Source: Phoronis australis (lineage: Eukaryota; Animalia; Phoronida). From it: a stretch of 64,000 nt of DNA. Of the stretch, positions 10,779-23,600 are shown piece by piece; within the stretch, counting starts at the first letter, position 1, and each line of letters opens with the position of its first letter. The notes under the pieces are model-generated. The model was not told the DNA's origin, did not search any database, and saw only the letters and a list, made by a program, of their open reading frames with translations. Made by a program: the position numbers and the translations under genes. Location of the stretch: the NCBI GenBank assembly GCA_002633005.1, contig NMRA01000059.1, forward strand, positions 1,079,133-1,143,132, in the 5' to 3' direction.

Positions 10779-12016
10779 ATTCCATGTGAAAATTTGCTCA
10801 CATTTGTTTCCGGGGGCAGTAATTGAAAATTCCAGGAATAGAAAGTAATTTGTGTGATGCACACGACAGGGTGTCGGTATTCGTTTTTCGGTATCGTTAT
10901 TCGCCATCTGAGTTTCCAAGGTTTGAAGGCAGTTGGATATGAATCTGCATTGCCAAAATGTCACTCTACCATCCAGTTCATGTTACATCATTTGTCCTTC
11001 AGGTATATCTATATATGTATAAATATCTAAATAGCCTAGCAACACAACACTACTGAAGTAGTATGTCATCACCTAAGCTTGTCTGTGCATAATGACAATG
11101 TTTCTGTCCTCACTTAAAACCAGGTTCTGTATCCCTCTGGGCTCGAATGTTGTTTTGATTGTCGGCAACCCCGTGGAGGTCAACCAAAGTTGAGGAGGTG
11201 TCCCTATGAAATGACAGGCACTAAAGTGTTATTGGCAGGTCACAGTTGGAGAACTCGTGCTTGAAAGACAGGATTAAGGATACAAAAAATTTCAATTTGT
11301 TGAAAAAGCAATTACTCTGGCTGTGATTGCTCAAATGTTCCCCAAATGATGCTCAATGACAGCTGTGTAACACACATTGTATAGTTTTTATTTCTTTATT
11401 TTTTCCACTGTTTTCTATTGAGAAATGAAATTTTTTTACTATAGATAAAATAGTCCACTGTACGAATATTAGTGAAATTGTCATAAACTATAAGGTATCT
11501 TTGAGAGAAGACTTCGCTTAAGCTTCGATTATTGGCAATGACAATGGTTCGGTGAAATGAGTTTAATTGACTTACTTTTTTGTTGTCATTCTGTTCTTGA
11601 ACGCTGAAATGTCTTCAGTTTAGTTCACATGGCATAACAGTAAAATATGATTCTACTGAGATTCTCAAGAGTTATACAAGCATGGAGAAGATATCATTAT
11701 ATAGTATAGTATATATAGTACACTTGACCTCAACAAACAAGTGAGATGAAATGTTGCGCAACTTTAACTGTGCACTGAGCTTTTGAAAAAAAATTGGTAA
11801 GTGGCAATTTTTGCAAAACTTTTGGTTCAAGTTCAGGCAAGGAAAGTTTGTTTTGTGTGCAGTGATTGTTCGATACTCCATCAGACTGTTTACATTGAAC
11901 AAACAGGTCTTAGGAAACACGACATAGTAAAAGCGCGCTCCAATTTTGGTACAAATTTTTATTTCTTAATGGCTTCTTTTGTCATGCGAATGGCCACTGA
12001 GTGTCAAAATATTATT

Positions 12017-12104
12017 TGACTACATGACTATATGACTACATGACTATATGACTATTTGACTACATGACTACATGATTACATGACTACATGACTACATGAC
12101 TATA
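12017..12104. repeat. 8-bp tandem repeat (TGACTACA)n
   Basis: ~11 copies of tgactaca/tgactata. Confidence 0.9.
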
Positions 12105-14670
12105 TCTCTGATGCAGAACTGGAAAATGGTAAAGCGTTAATTTCATGATACTTATTTTATGAAAAACACATGGAAAAATAAAATTGTAGTTGTACTCGGC
12201 ACTGCGTGTGGTGAGATTTACGGTAGACTTGTCATAAGCAAGATTACATTTCTTGTACTATGCCATCTTTTCAAGACAAAATTAATACAATTTGTCGTGT
12301 AACAGATGGTTGATTGTGATGTCTGGCTGATTAGAATTATTTAATGTGTACCCCCTGTACCCCACACTGAATATTACCTGTCCCTGTGTTCAGGTATGTC
12401 AGTAGCAACAGATGTTCCTCTTATTCAACTGTCCAGTGGTAATTAGCTCTCTTTGAACACAGATGGTCAGTCTGTTCTCACAAAGTTCCACCACTGAGCA
12501 CTGGACAATATACATACTGTATGAACCTAGGACATCACAACTATGATGGGGCTATCATGGCACATCTAATAAGAACTAACCTGGTTGACAAACATTTATC
12601 TCACCTTTGGAAAGGTATTTGAAGGTTCTGCCATTTTCAGTTGTCACAATTAAGGTGGTTTGCTCTGTTTGGTAATCAAATGAGTAATTTTGAATTTCTC
12701 CTCTCTTCACTGCTGGTCCTACACCAGGTCAAAGTTCACCTGCTTGGTCCATTTGACTAACTTCTGTCTCCTTACCAATTCTGTTTCCATTTCTGTTGTT
12801 CATGAATTAAGAAATTCAAATAAAAATAGAATATCTTTGAACCATGACATGAATATCATTGCATCTTAATACGAGTTGTGTGTCGAAAAGTGAAATGTCT
12901 AATTTTGATGTGTTTTGCGTACAATTTATTTTATGATTTTTAATGAAATAGAGGCAAAATAGTCTTTGAGTAATATACTGGTAAATATTTTGTAAATTTC
13001 CTTTCATGGTTGAGCTTTTGAAAAGAAACAGCATCAAAATCACGAAACCTGGAAGTGAATCTCAACTTGTTTGTGCTCAGTCATATTTCAGTTTCATTGT
13101 CAGGGTGACTAAAATAACTTGTTGTTCACACTGCCTAAAACACTATCATTTTTTCTAATACTTTTGCCAATAGGGAAAGTGATAGTAATTTGAATGGTTG
13201 CAAGTTTTACTTTTTCTGGTGGTTGGAGGGGAGGACACTTGCATGTAATAATTTAGAAATCAATTTACTTCAGAGAGTGAACATCATTTGACATCAATTT
13301 TCTCCTTGAAAGTGATTCAGGGTGAGAAAACTAAGTTTCCCCTGGGGATGGTGACCCCTGTAGGGCAGAAATGCTAGCATTTCTACCACTGAAAACTGCC
13401 AGTGTTCTCGCCACTGTGAACGAAGTAAAAGACATTCAATTTCGTTAGAGCTTACAGTTGTTTCGGAAGCCACAGTGATAATGTGTTTCCGCTTGTTGTC
13501 ATGCTTTCTCTTGCTGTTGTGATTGTAGCGTGATTGGATGGAAATTTTGTGAAGGCAATTATTTCAAGCTGTTGCTGTCAAAGGATATCGTGAATAGCTG
13601 ACAATTTGCCACATAATTACCTGACCAGTAGTTATGTTATTAGTCAATTGTTTTCATAGATAAAGAATTGGCAGGTGAATTTAACAAGAGGACCTGTGTA
13701 TTAATAGGGCTTCTATCTGTTGCATGATGTCATGGTGACAATTATAATGGGTTATGGTCGTGTATTTATACTGAGACTCCACCTGTAGGTCCCTGGTCAT
13801 ATTATTTTGCTGGGACACTTGCTTATCTCTTTGGCAAGTCTTGCATGGTGTGGGTTGCTAGTTGTCCGAAGAATTGGTTTTTAAGTTTTGAAGTAGGATA
13901 TTTAACACTTCCAATTTTACACAAGTGGTCAGTGTCTAATATGGTGCTTGCAGGCACTGTTTTTGGAGTGTTAAACCATCTCAGATTCAGCTTTAAAGCC
14001 ATTATGAATCATGCTCTGGTGTTAAAAACATCAACTTTCTCCATAGTCTTATTTGCCCCTGGCAACTGACTCTTTGTAACTCACATTGGCAGGCATACTT
14101 CATGAGCCTGTTCTAAAACAATAACAACCTGTCAGTCCTTCTCAAAACATCATCTTTATTCTGCCTTAGGGTCAAAACTAGAATAGCTTAAAAAAGTCGG
14201 TTTTTGACTGAAGGCTCAAATTTATCACCTTTTTGTATTTTGAACCTCCCAAAGCTTTAAATGATATTTACGGTAAAATCTAATCAAATATGTCCGAGAC
14301 ATGAAATTTTCTTTTTCATTTTTTTAAAAATATATTATGCTTTGTGGTGTTTGTGCTTACCACCAGACACTGTTTTAGAAACTGGGCTGTCACAATAGTG
14401 TCAAAAGTTTTTGAAAATTGAAACAAAATCCGTTTTGGCAATTTTTCTTGGTGTTATTTTACGGTAATCACCAACGTGAACATTTTAAATGCTTTTCATG
14501 TTTTCTTACCTTTTGGGAATATAACCAATACAGCGGCAACATCATGAAATATGTTTTGTCACTAGGTGGCGATAGTGTAGTTGGTGGACTGTTAATGTTT
14601 AAAATTCTTTTGTGGATTTGATGTATTGGGATGTTCTCAGCTTTATTTTTGTAAATTCCTTGCAACCATC

Positions 14671-15422
14671 AAATTGTCACTACTCTGCAGGTGGGATATT
14701 CAAATGGCTCACACAAATTGTCACTACTCTGCAGGTGGGATATTCAAATGGCTCACACAAATTGTCACTACTCTGCAGGTGGGATATTCAAATGGCTCAC
14801 ACAAATTGTCACTACTCTGCAGGTGGGATATTCAAATGGCTCACACAAATTGTCACTACTCTGCAGGTGGGATATTCAAATGGCTCACACAAATTGTCAC
14901 TACTCTGCAGGTGGGATATTCAAATGGCTCACACAAATTGTCACTACTCTGCAGGTGGGATATTCAAATGGCTCACACAAATTGTCACTACTCTGCAGGT
15001 GGGATATTCAAATGGCTCACACAAATTGTCACTACTCTGCAGGTGGGATATTCAAATGGCTCACACAAATTGTCACTACTCTGCAGGTGGGATATTCAAA
15101 TGGCTCACACAAATTGTCACTACTCTGCAGGTGGGATATTCAAATGGCTCACACAAATTGTCACTACTCTGCAGGTGGGATATTCAAATGGCTCACACAA
15201 ATTGTCACTACTCTGCAGGTGGGATATTCAAATGGCTCACACAAATTGTCACTACTCTGCAGGTGGGATATTCAAATGGCTCACACAAATTGTCACTACT
15301 CTGCAGGTGGGATATTCAAATGGCTCACACAAATTGTCACTACTCTGCAGGTGGGATATTCAAATGGCTCACACAAATTGTCACTACTCTGCAGGTGGGA
15401 TATTCAAATGGCTCACACAAAT
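14671..15422. repeat. 44-bp satellite, 17 identical copies running into an assembly gap
   Basis: aaattgtcactactctgcaggtgggatattcaaatggctcacac; N-gap at 15423-15675. Confidence 0.97.
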
Positions 15423-15675
15423 NNNNNNNNNNNNNNNNNNNNNNNNNNNNNNNNNNNNNNNNNNNNNNNNNNNNNNNNNNNNNNNNNNNNNNNNNNNNNN
15501 NNNNNNNNNNNNNNNNNNNNNNNNNNNNNNNNNNNNNNNNNNNNNNNNNNNNNNNNNNNNNNNNNNNNNNNNNNNNNNNNNNNNNNNNNNNNNNNNNNNN
15601 NNNNNNNNNNNNNNNNNNNNNNNNNNNNNNNNNNNNNNNNNNNNNNNNNNNNNNNNNNNNNNNNNNNNNNNNNNN
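15423..15675. other. Assembly gap (N run)
   Basis: Run of n characters. Confidence 1.
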
Positions 15676-17934
15676 TAAGGAAATATATTTCTGATTATAT
15701 AGGAGACTTAAAGGTTTCTAACTGCTATAAAGAAGGTCCACTTTACATGAAAACATAAAAAATAATTCTACAAAGTTTAACTGGAATATTTAAAGGAAAT
15801 GTGCTGAAAATAGAACAGTAAGTCTACCAAGGAGGGGAAAGAAAAAGAGAGGCAGCCTGTTAGGTTGCGTTTACAGAAGCACTTAATTAGACATATAAAG
15901 ATTACATTACATGAACTCTATGCAACATAAAAATGTGTGAGAGGAGACATTCAAACGTCAAGATAAGTCATTAGCAATCTGTCTTGTTATCATTTTATTT
16001 TGATTTACCAAAGGGATTTCTAGAGATTAATTTGATGTTTGTTCACCAGTTGTGTACAAGATATTTTTTCAAGAATGATATATTTGTGTGTTTGTGTAAA
16101 ATCTACAGACACTGCGAATACCACCTTCTAAACATAAGAATTTCGAGTTTCACGGCAGCAACTGTTTTGAACATCATCTATCAGAAATACTTGAGTTAAG
16201 TCTCACCAATTTAGTACACAATATGGTGGACAAGTAATTTCTTATTTTCTCACTTTTTCATAAAAGATTTGTAGCACAAAATCAAAATCGTTGTTTTTGA
16301 TATTGTAAATGATGCATTGTAGTCACAAAAATACAATGTTTTTAAAATTTTCTGGGCAGTCAGTAACATTAGAAAAACCTTAAAACTAAAATGATTATCA
16401 ACCTGGCGACTGATTCTTCTGAAATTCGTGATATTCAAAGTCAAAGAGTTTAGTCCTGGCCATGGAGAATTGAAGGGTAACAAAGATGTGGTAAACCAAT
16501 TCTCTGTATACTGCTGGTAGACATGGTAAGTGGACACTGTATTTATTACCATTATCATGTTTTTCCTCAAAGCAAGGGTGCAGTTGATCTGTTAGGACTA
16601 TGTTATCTGGGTGAAAGTGATGGCCATTGATAATTAATGCTCCCTGTTCCAGCCCTCACTGTCTCCAGGAGAATATGACAGCTTATGATGACTGTCTTGG
16701 GCAGTCCTGTCATCTTGACCTGTCATCTTGACCTGTCATCACCCTGTCATGGCACTTTTGGAACTTGTGTACTTGCAGGAATTTGGTGTTTCACCTTAAA
16801 GCCATATCAAACTGTGAGAAAACCAGTGTTTTAATCAATGCGGTGTTGGGGATCTCCTTGTTTTTGTTCCAGGGTTGTGCAATAGAACAGGAATATGGGA
16901 CATTAAGTGCCATTAGTGCTTTTGATAACACATGATAACACCATGCTTTGACTGAAGTTATTTGTTTGGATCTACTGCAATATTTCATCATCGCCAGTTT
17001 GAAGTTTGCAATTCTGGCTTGACCTACTTTGCATTATGTGTCGTGCACATGTTATGTATATTGAATATCATGCTCCAGTGTGCCTTCAGTCAACAACACA
17101 TCAGGTGAGCTCAAGAAAAATGTCAGTTATGTTCCACTGGTTTATAGTATTGGATAAAAATTGTTTCGGTATTTGTGTAGAAAAACTTGCAAAGCAGAAT
17201 CTACAAAATATAATCACACCAAAAAGGTAGAACAAACATTAATATCTGATTCTCTCAATCATCCATTTTCTGATTTTTTTTATGTTCCCTGCTTCTCTTT
17301 CAGTTGTTCTTCAGCTTGTTTATTGCTTTCTGGGACTTTCCTAGTTTTCTTCACATTCTTTTGGTAATATTCTGCTACACACAAGAAACCCCTACTCAGT
17401 TACATTTCATTCAAAATGTGGTTGGGTTGGCTCATGGTATCTTAGATCCCCCTGTTAAAGCAAGAGTTGCAGATAAATGCACCAGGTAGTTGAACCCATC
17501 TCAATGGGAGTGTGCCAATTAAGTGGCTGTTGCTAGTTTGTTTACCTGTCTGCTTGGCTTATTGTCCCATTCATCCTGCCTGGCCACAAAACACCTTGCA
17601 TTTATTGTTCTACAATACCTATCTGGAGATTTCCATCTCTGGTGTCAGCGGTGCACAATCTGCTTGCCCAACGACTGCATGCCCTCATTGAAATGACAAA
17701 ATATTGGCTTTGGTTTTTTGTACATAATTACTTTTTTGTCATGTGTCTGATGATGCTCAGCCAATCCTGCTGATTGAGATCTGTCCCAGAATTTTATGAG
17801 ACCAGTATTAATGGTGAATCTTTGCAACACTCTTTTAAGGCCTCAGACAACAATAAAACGAATTTCACATTGTCCTACAGTGACTTGCTTCTTGTTCGTC
17901 TGCGTTTGCTCTTTAGTTTAATGCAGTTTTTCAA

Positions 17935-18114
17935 AACATTATCCACTGGTAGCTGTAGTCTAGAACTTTATCCACTGGTAGCTGTAGTCTAGAACATTAT
18001 CCACTGGTAGCTGTAGTCTAGAACTTTATCCACTGGTAGCTGTAGTCTACAACATTATCCACTGGTAGCTGTAGTCTAGAACATTATCCACTGGTAGCTG
18101 TAGTCTAGAACTTT
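17935..18114. repeat. 29-bp minisatellite, 6 copies
   Basis: aacattatccactggtagctgtagtctag. Confidence 0.95.
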
Positions 18115-18294
18115 AATGTAGAAAAGAAGGAATTTGCCACAGCATACCTTTCATAGAAATAGTGATGAAAAGACATTAAATTACATTTCACTTGTCAGCC
18201 ATACTGTGTCTTAAACTGGTGATATTTCACTGTAGACACATAACTGGGGAATTGTGGGTTTAGATGCTCCCTTTTATACACCTGCCATCCTTGA

Positions 18295-18389
18295 GTAGAC
18301 ATGTTCCTGCTTTGGGATGTCAAGTGTTGATGTGAGCAACTGGGTAGACATGTTCCTGCTTTGGGGTGTCAAGTGTTGATGTGAGCAAT
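18295..18389. repeat. ~50-bp tandem duplication
   Basis: gtagacatgttcctgctttgggRtgtcaagtgttgatgtgagcaa twice. Confidence 0.85.
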
Positions 18390-20155
18390 GATTAACCCAT
18401 GTTGAAGTGTGATAAAGTGAGCTACTGGAGGTATGTACACTCCTAGTGTTTCGAAAATTAATTTGCAATAATAATTCTAATGTCAGTTTGTAACATCCCT
18501 GGGGGGGAGGGGTTTATCGGGTGTTACCATCATTTAGAGGGGGATTAAGTGTGTTATCTTAAGGTTCATGGTGTGACAGTAATCACTAGTAACACCTGAG
18601 TACTGATAAGGGCAACAGAAGGGGTCTATTCCAAACTTTATCACCCAAAGGTCACGTAAGTTGTGATTGTGTAATTGTCATCTCTGTGATAGAACTCTTT
18701 AATTTCTCTCTTGTGGAGGTAAGAAAGTTGTTCATGGAATGATGGGCATGCTGTATACTTTTGAGTCTTGCGAGCAATTTTATCATGCATTGAATTTTGC
18801 AAGGCATATAACAGCGTCGTCGTGATTGTGAATGACTGCAGTCTCTCAGAACGACTTGGTGGTTGTTTTGTTGTTGAATTTATAACTGACAAACGACGTA
18901 TTTGGAGCAACATATCTTTTTTGAAAAGTATTGAAAAAAAATCTAATTTAATTTGTCCACTTTTAATTTGTGTCTGAAATTGGTGACATTTTATCATATT
19001 GGTCGTGTTGCATCAAAATTTAGCATTTGTAGTGATAATTTTGTTATGAAATAGTGGCAATAAACAAGAGGTGTTTTATCTGAAAAGAAGCAGGATAATT
19101 GTTTGATGAATTGTGGGTAAATACATCAGAATCCAAATGACACTGTAGTTTTTCTTTACAGGATTGATAGTGAAGCAAACGCATCATTAAGTCCTCTTCC
19201 TTGCTGTCAAACGTGCCATGTCTGAGTATGATAAAGTTCCCTTAATGTATGACATAATTGGTGAAACCCAGAAATTTTTTATTTTATGAAAAATTTTCAA
19301 GAAAAACAAGCAGGAAGAAAACTTTACTTCATTATTTGCACAATGAAATTCTTATCGTTGTTAGCATTATACAGTGAGCTATTGAAAAATGAAAAATGGC
19401 TGTTTGGGCAAATTAACTTTGTCCGAATTTCAGGTAACTTTACCATAGTTGCTGTGCTCCAGATCTCCATATTATCCCAACTGAGTTTTTCATTTGGTTA
19501 TTTGTACTTTTAGAAATAGATGCAGTGTATTCTAAGATGTGCTTTGACAAGTTGCTATTCAGGGTTTTATGGATGTTATGGGTGCATAAATCTGTCAGGA
19601 GACATGGAAGATGCAATAAATACTACAACACCCCTGACAACGGTCATGTTTCATTGCCAGCTGGGGTTTGTTACAACCCCTCTGTTTACACTGACTTGTC
19701 GCACACTTCCTGTCTCTACAACTGATGTGTAAAAAAGTGTGACCCCAGACAGGGGTCATACTATGTGTGTTGATATAGTATCAGGATCTCCTGAAAATGT
19801 CCATGTTAGCTCTACAAGTACTGCTTAATCATGGACAGTTTGTAGAAGTGCTGCATGATGTGTTGCCATCTTTCAAAAATTACTACATAGGCTCAATAAA
19901 CATTGGTATGTGAAACTTTTGCAAGGATTTTTGTACACTTATAAACTTCCCTTAAAAATTCGCACAGTACTTGTCATATTGTTTTAAACAGTTGTGTGCG
20001 AATAAAACAGAAAGTAGTTGGGATCTGTTCATATTTTGGGTCATGTGTAGGTTTCTTTTTGCACAATAGCTTCCTATTGTCAGCTTTGTCCATTTCGCAC
20101 AGTAAGTAAGGTAGGCCAGTGTATTGCATTCTGTAATCATTGTTAACTATTTAAA

Positions 20156-20610
20156 AGACCTTTCACACTAATGTCGACTCGACAATGATGTTTTGGGGAG
20201 TTGCGGTCAGTATGAACGCTTGACTTCAGTCCTGGAGCGAAGTTAACAGCGCCGGTCAACTTCGCAGTTACCAGGTGGATTTAAGAGCAGAGCGTCAAAG
20301 CTGCGGTGCAGTATGAACAGTCAACTTCGGTCCCATCGAAGTTATCGCCAGGTGCCACTGTTATCATCGACAATTACAGAGTATTGTCGTCGCTAGTAGT
20401 TGCTTATATTTTGCTCTAATTATCACCAATCGAATTAAAAATAAGTTTTATGTCGGCTCATGTAAATGTTCCCAAATTGTCACTTTAAAAAAATCTTAGC
20501 GTGCAACGCTACCTCACGATTACTTCAATGACAACAGCGCCACCTACCAATTACTTCGAAGTCTGTTAACTACTGAAGCCAGTATGAACAGTTTAGTTAA
20601 CTTCCCAGTA
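20156..20610 (+). mobile_element. Degraded non-autonomous DNA transposon (possibly PIF/Harbinger-like), copy A
   Basis: Colinear with 29487-29946 (shared gatgttttgggga, tagttgcttatattttgct, atcaccaatcgaat, ataagttttatgtc); internal cagtatgaac subrepeats. Confidence 0.7.
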
Positions 20611-23600
20611 TACATCCACAAATTAACAAGGCTTTACTAAAGTTCTTGCCATGAATTTGCACAAACTGTGTGTCACAGCTTGCTATGCTGTCACAACTCT
20701 TAGTCTATGTTTTGTTTTCAGTGTGATTAATTAGCATTTTTCTCCCTAATCTGTCACTGAGCAATTGACACTCATCGCATCCTTCATAGAAATGTCAGAC
20801 AGAGATCTCACTTTACCACCATGTGCTGCTACTGTGTGTAAGTGTTACTGGCGACATTCTCTGCAACTCCATGCAGACTGACACTGGGCGTCATGGCTCT
20901 AGTCAAGGGTCTGTTTTCACACTCCAATAAACCTGCAAGAGACTTGCTGATTAGATTATGTTATTGTTTTTGTCTAGTGGTGAATAAATAATAGCGTGCC
21001 AACTTTTTGTCATTGCTGATCATGTAATGGGATCTGTTATGTCTGCCTGGTCGCCAGTTGTGGGACATGGTTCACTCTCATCCTGAGCAGTGGGCTGGAA
21101 GTATCCAGTCTTAGAATTATAACAAATTCTTTCAGTTGAAAAGCTGGATTTTCTTGAGTAAGAAGGTCACAGATATGTGAAATTTCAGCAACCATTTCCT
21201 GCTGAAAAGTAGGACCGCTTTGAGTCCAGCTTCCTTCAATTTTGGCTTATTTTAAAGCATCATTAAACCTGCGTTCCATTAAAGAAATTATCTTTTGATT
21301 TAGACCACTTTCTCCTTCACTGGTCTAAACTTGTTCCTTTTTGAGATGAGAAGTGATTTTCAAGTCAGTGTGGCGTAGGGCAAATGCGGTTCAGCTATTT
21401 TGAGGTGGTGCTGGTTCGTCAAAATAGATAGAAGCAACAAGGTTGAGTATAACTAGTTGTATTGTAATAAACTACAGATCGCGAAACAGGGCATAACATG
21501 TTTTTGTCGTGATAGATGGGCCCAAAAATCCTCCCCTCATTTTCGTGTTGCTCGAAATTCCTGAGTAAACCTTGTGCCTTTATTTTGCCGATAAAATACG
21601 ATTTCACGTTAATACACATTATCTGATGACGTTAAGATTAGAGTTGCCTAACAAAGCAACACTTCTGTTTTCACTTTTTCGCTCGTCGTATGGATTTAAA
21701 CTAATAGAAGATTCAAAATCTTCATAAAATTGTGACCTCCGTATGTGCTCTCTACGTAAATATCGGTGAAGTTTTAGTTGAGGTCGCGTCCATCAGATCA
21801 GCCAAGTTTGAAGTAATTTTCATATTACTACACAGTAAAGTGGTTTCCTTTGTTTTGAATTTTATATCTGTTAAGAATTCAATTTACGTTTATAATTTCA
21901 AAGTAAAAACAGAAAAATAGGGTGTAATATCAGTAAACCAAATTCCTGAGGAAACGACCAAAAATCCCGAATTTATGAATCCACAACGGTCTAATTTGCA
22001 CAGCCACTGTATTCTAAGTAATCCCTTCTCGTGGGTGCACATGTGTGAGCTGTAAAGTTTAGTCATTTTTTGCCGTTTCAAATTTTTGTCTTAAAGCGAA
22101 TTTCCCGATGAAAATCGGAAGAAGAATGACAATAATGTCAAGAGTTAACGATTTTTGTCGGTAGTCATGGCGAAAATCTGGAAGGAAATTTGGTAGAAAA
22201 ATGACACTAAAATTGTTGAAAATCTACCGAAAGTTTTTGCTTCAAAATTCCATCTGTTTTCCACGAGAATTATCGTGAACTTTTTCAGACCACCACATTA
22301 CGATCAATGCTGAACGGCGGTTCAACCGCGACATAGTTATTTGGTGGTTATACCATCCACAAACACGTGTGTGTTACAAGTTCTGTACCCGTGTTCATTA
22401 AAAACGAATTGTAGAAAGAGTATATTGGAGCAATCGAACGTTATAAGCGACAGGTACGTTAAAATGTGACTCAATTGTGCTTTTCCTGAACCTTCTAATT
22501 CTGTAGATTGATTGGGTTAACTAAACAGACTTGTTGAAAAAGTGTTGTATTGTCACGCGGTGTTATTGTATCGTAAATTTGACCGCCGAAAAAAGTTTCA
22601 TATATGAATGTTGTGTTGACGTTCAAGGCATCTCACCATTCACTTAAAAGTAGTTCCACTGCCATCACTTAAAAGTAGTTCCACTGCCAGACCAGGCGTA
22701 ATTATATGTTTATTGCGCCCACAGCTGATCTGGTAATGAACTATTGAAATCACTGATAAAAGCATGTCAAGTTTATAGTCCCTGTAATCCCTGAGATTCT
22801 ATCACGATCATTTCCCGTTATGGAGTGCTTTGAAAAGAACTGAGAAAAGCGTATAAAAGCTGCAAGACATAGTAATCAACCAATCAAAATAGATTTCCAT
22901 ATAAGGAATACCTAAGGTCACTTTGAAGCTGTTCTAGGAATAGGAAGAATTACTGAGCCTCTTTTATGAAAACTAGGAGTAATCAGCTAGTGAATGTTAA
23001 GTAATAAGATGACTAAACCAAAATTTGGCTTAAATACAAACACATTCTGCAAGGTCTTGCAAAGAACTCATAGTTATTGTTTGAGAGCATGCTGGGCTAA
23101 AGTGACACACTGTGAAAAGTCACCTTGTAAAGCCGCAAGTCTCAGCAACTGAGTTGTTAGTTGTTAGTTGTTTTCAAGCCCAGAAATCAAACATACTTTG
23201 TCTAAGGAACAATTTTATAATAGAATGTGGTCGAAATCATAAGTTTTTCTGATGGAAGGCGGGTTTATGTTTTACTTTGTCACGAAAGGCGTCACGATTC
23301 CTAGCAGTTCAGCACAATGTTCCTGTAGAAAAATCGTTCTTTTTAATGTAAATTTAGTTCCGCAAGTTCCGTTTTAGTGTTCTTCTTGCATAAAAAGGCA
23401 AACCTTTGATGATGTGTTTGTTGGAAATTGAAGATCTCCCGCTGGTTTCAGACTGTTTCTCATAGGAAGGGTGCTTGCTCACCTTACTGAATTATAGATG
23501 ACTGTCTATTAATTTAAGTTGTTGCAGAGGTGTTTTTTTCATTTTTTCATTTTTTGTGTTTCATGTTTCTATCTGTCATGTGTTCTTCCTTGTTCAGAAA

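Noticed and set aside
14612-15758. Three 350-360 aa ORFs
   Set aside because: Artefacts of a stop-free 44-bp satellite plus an N gap.
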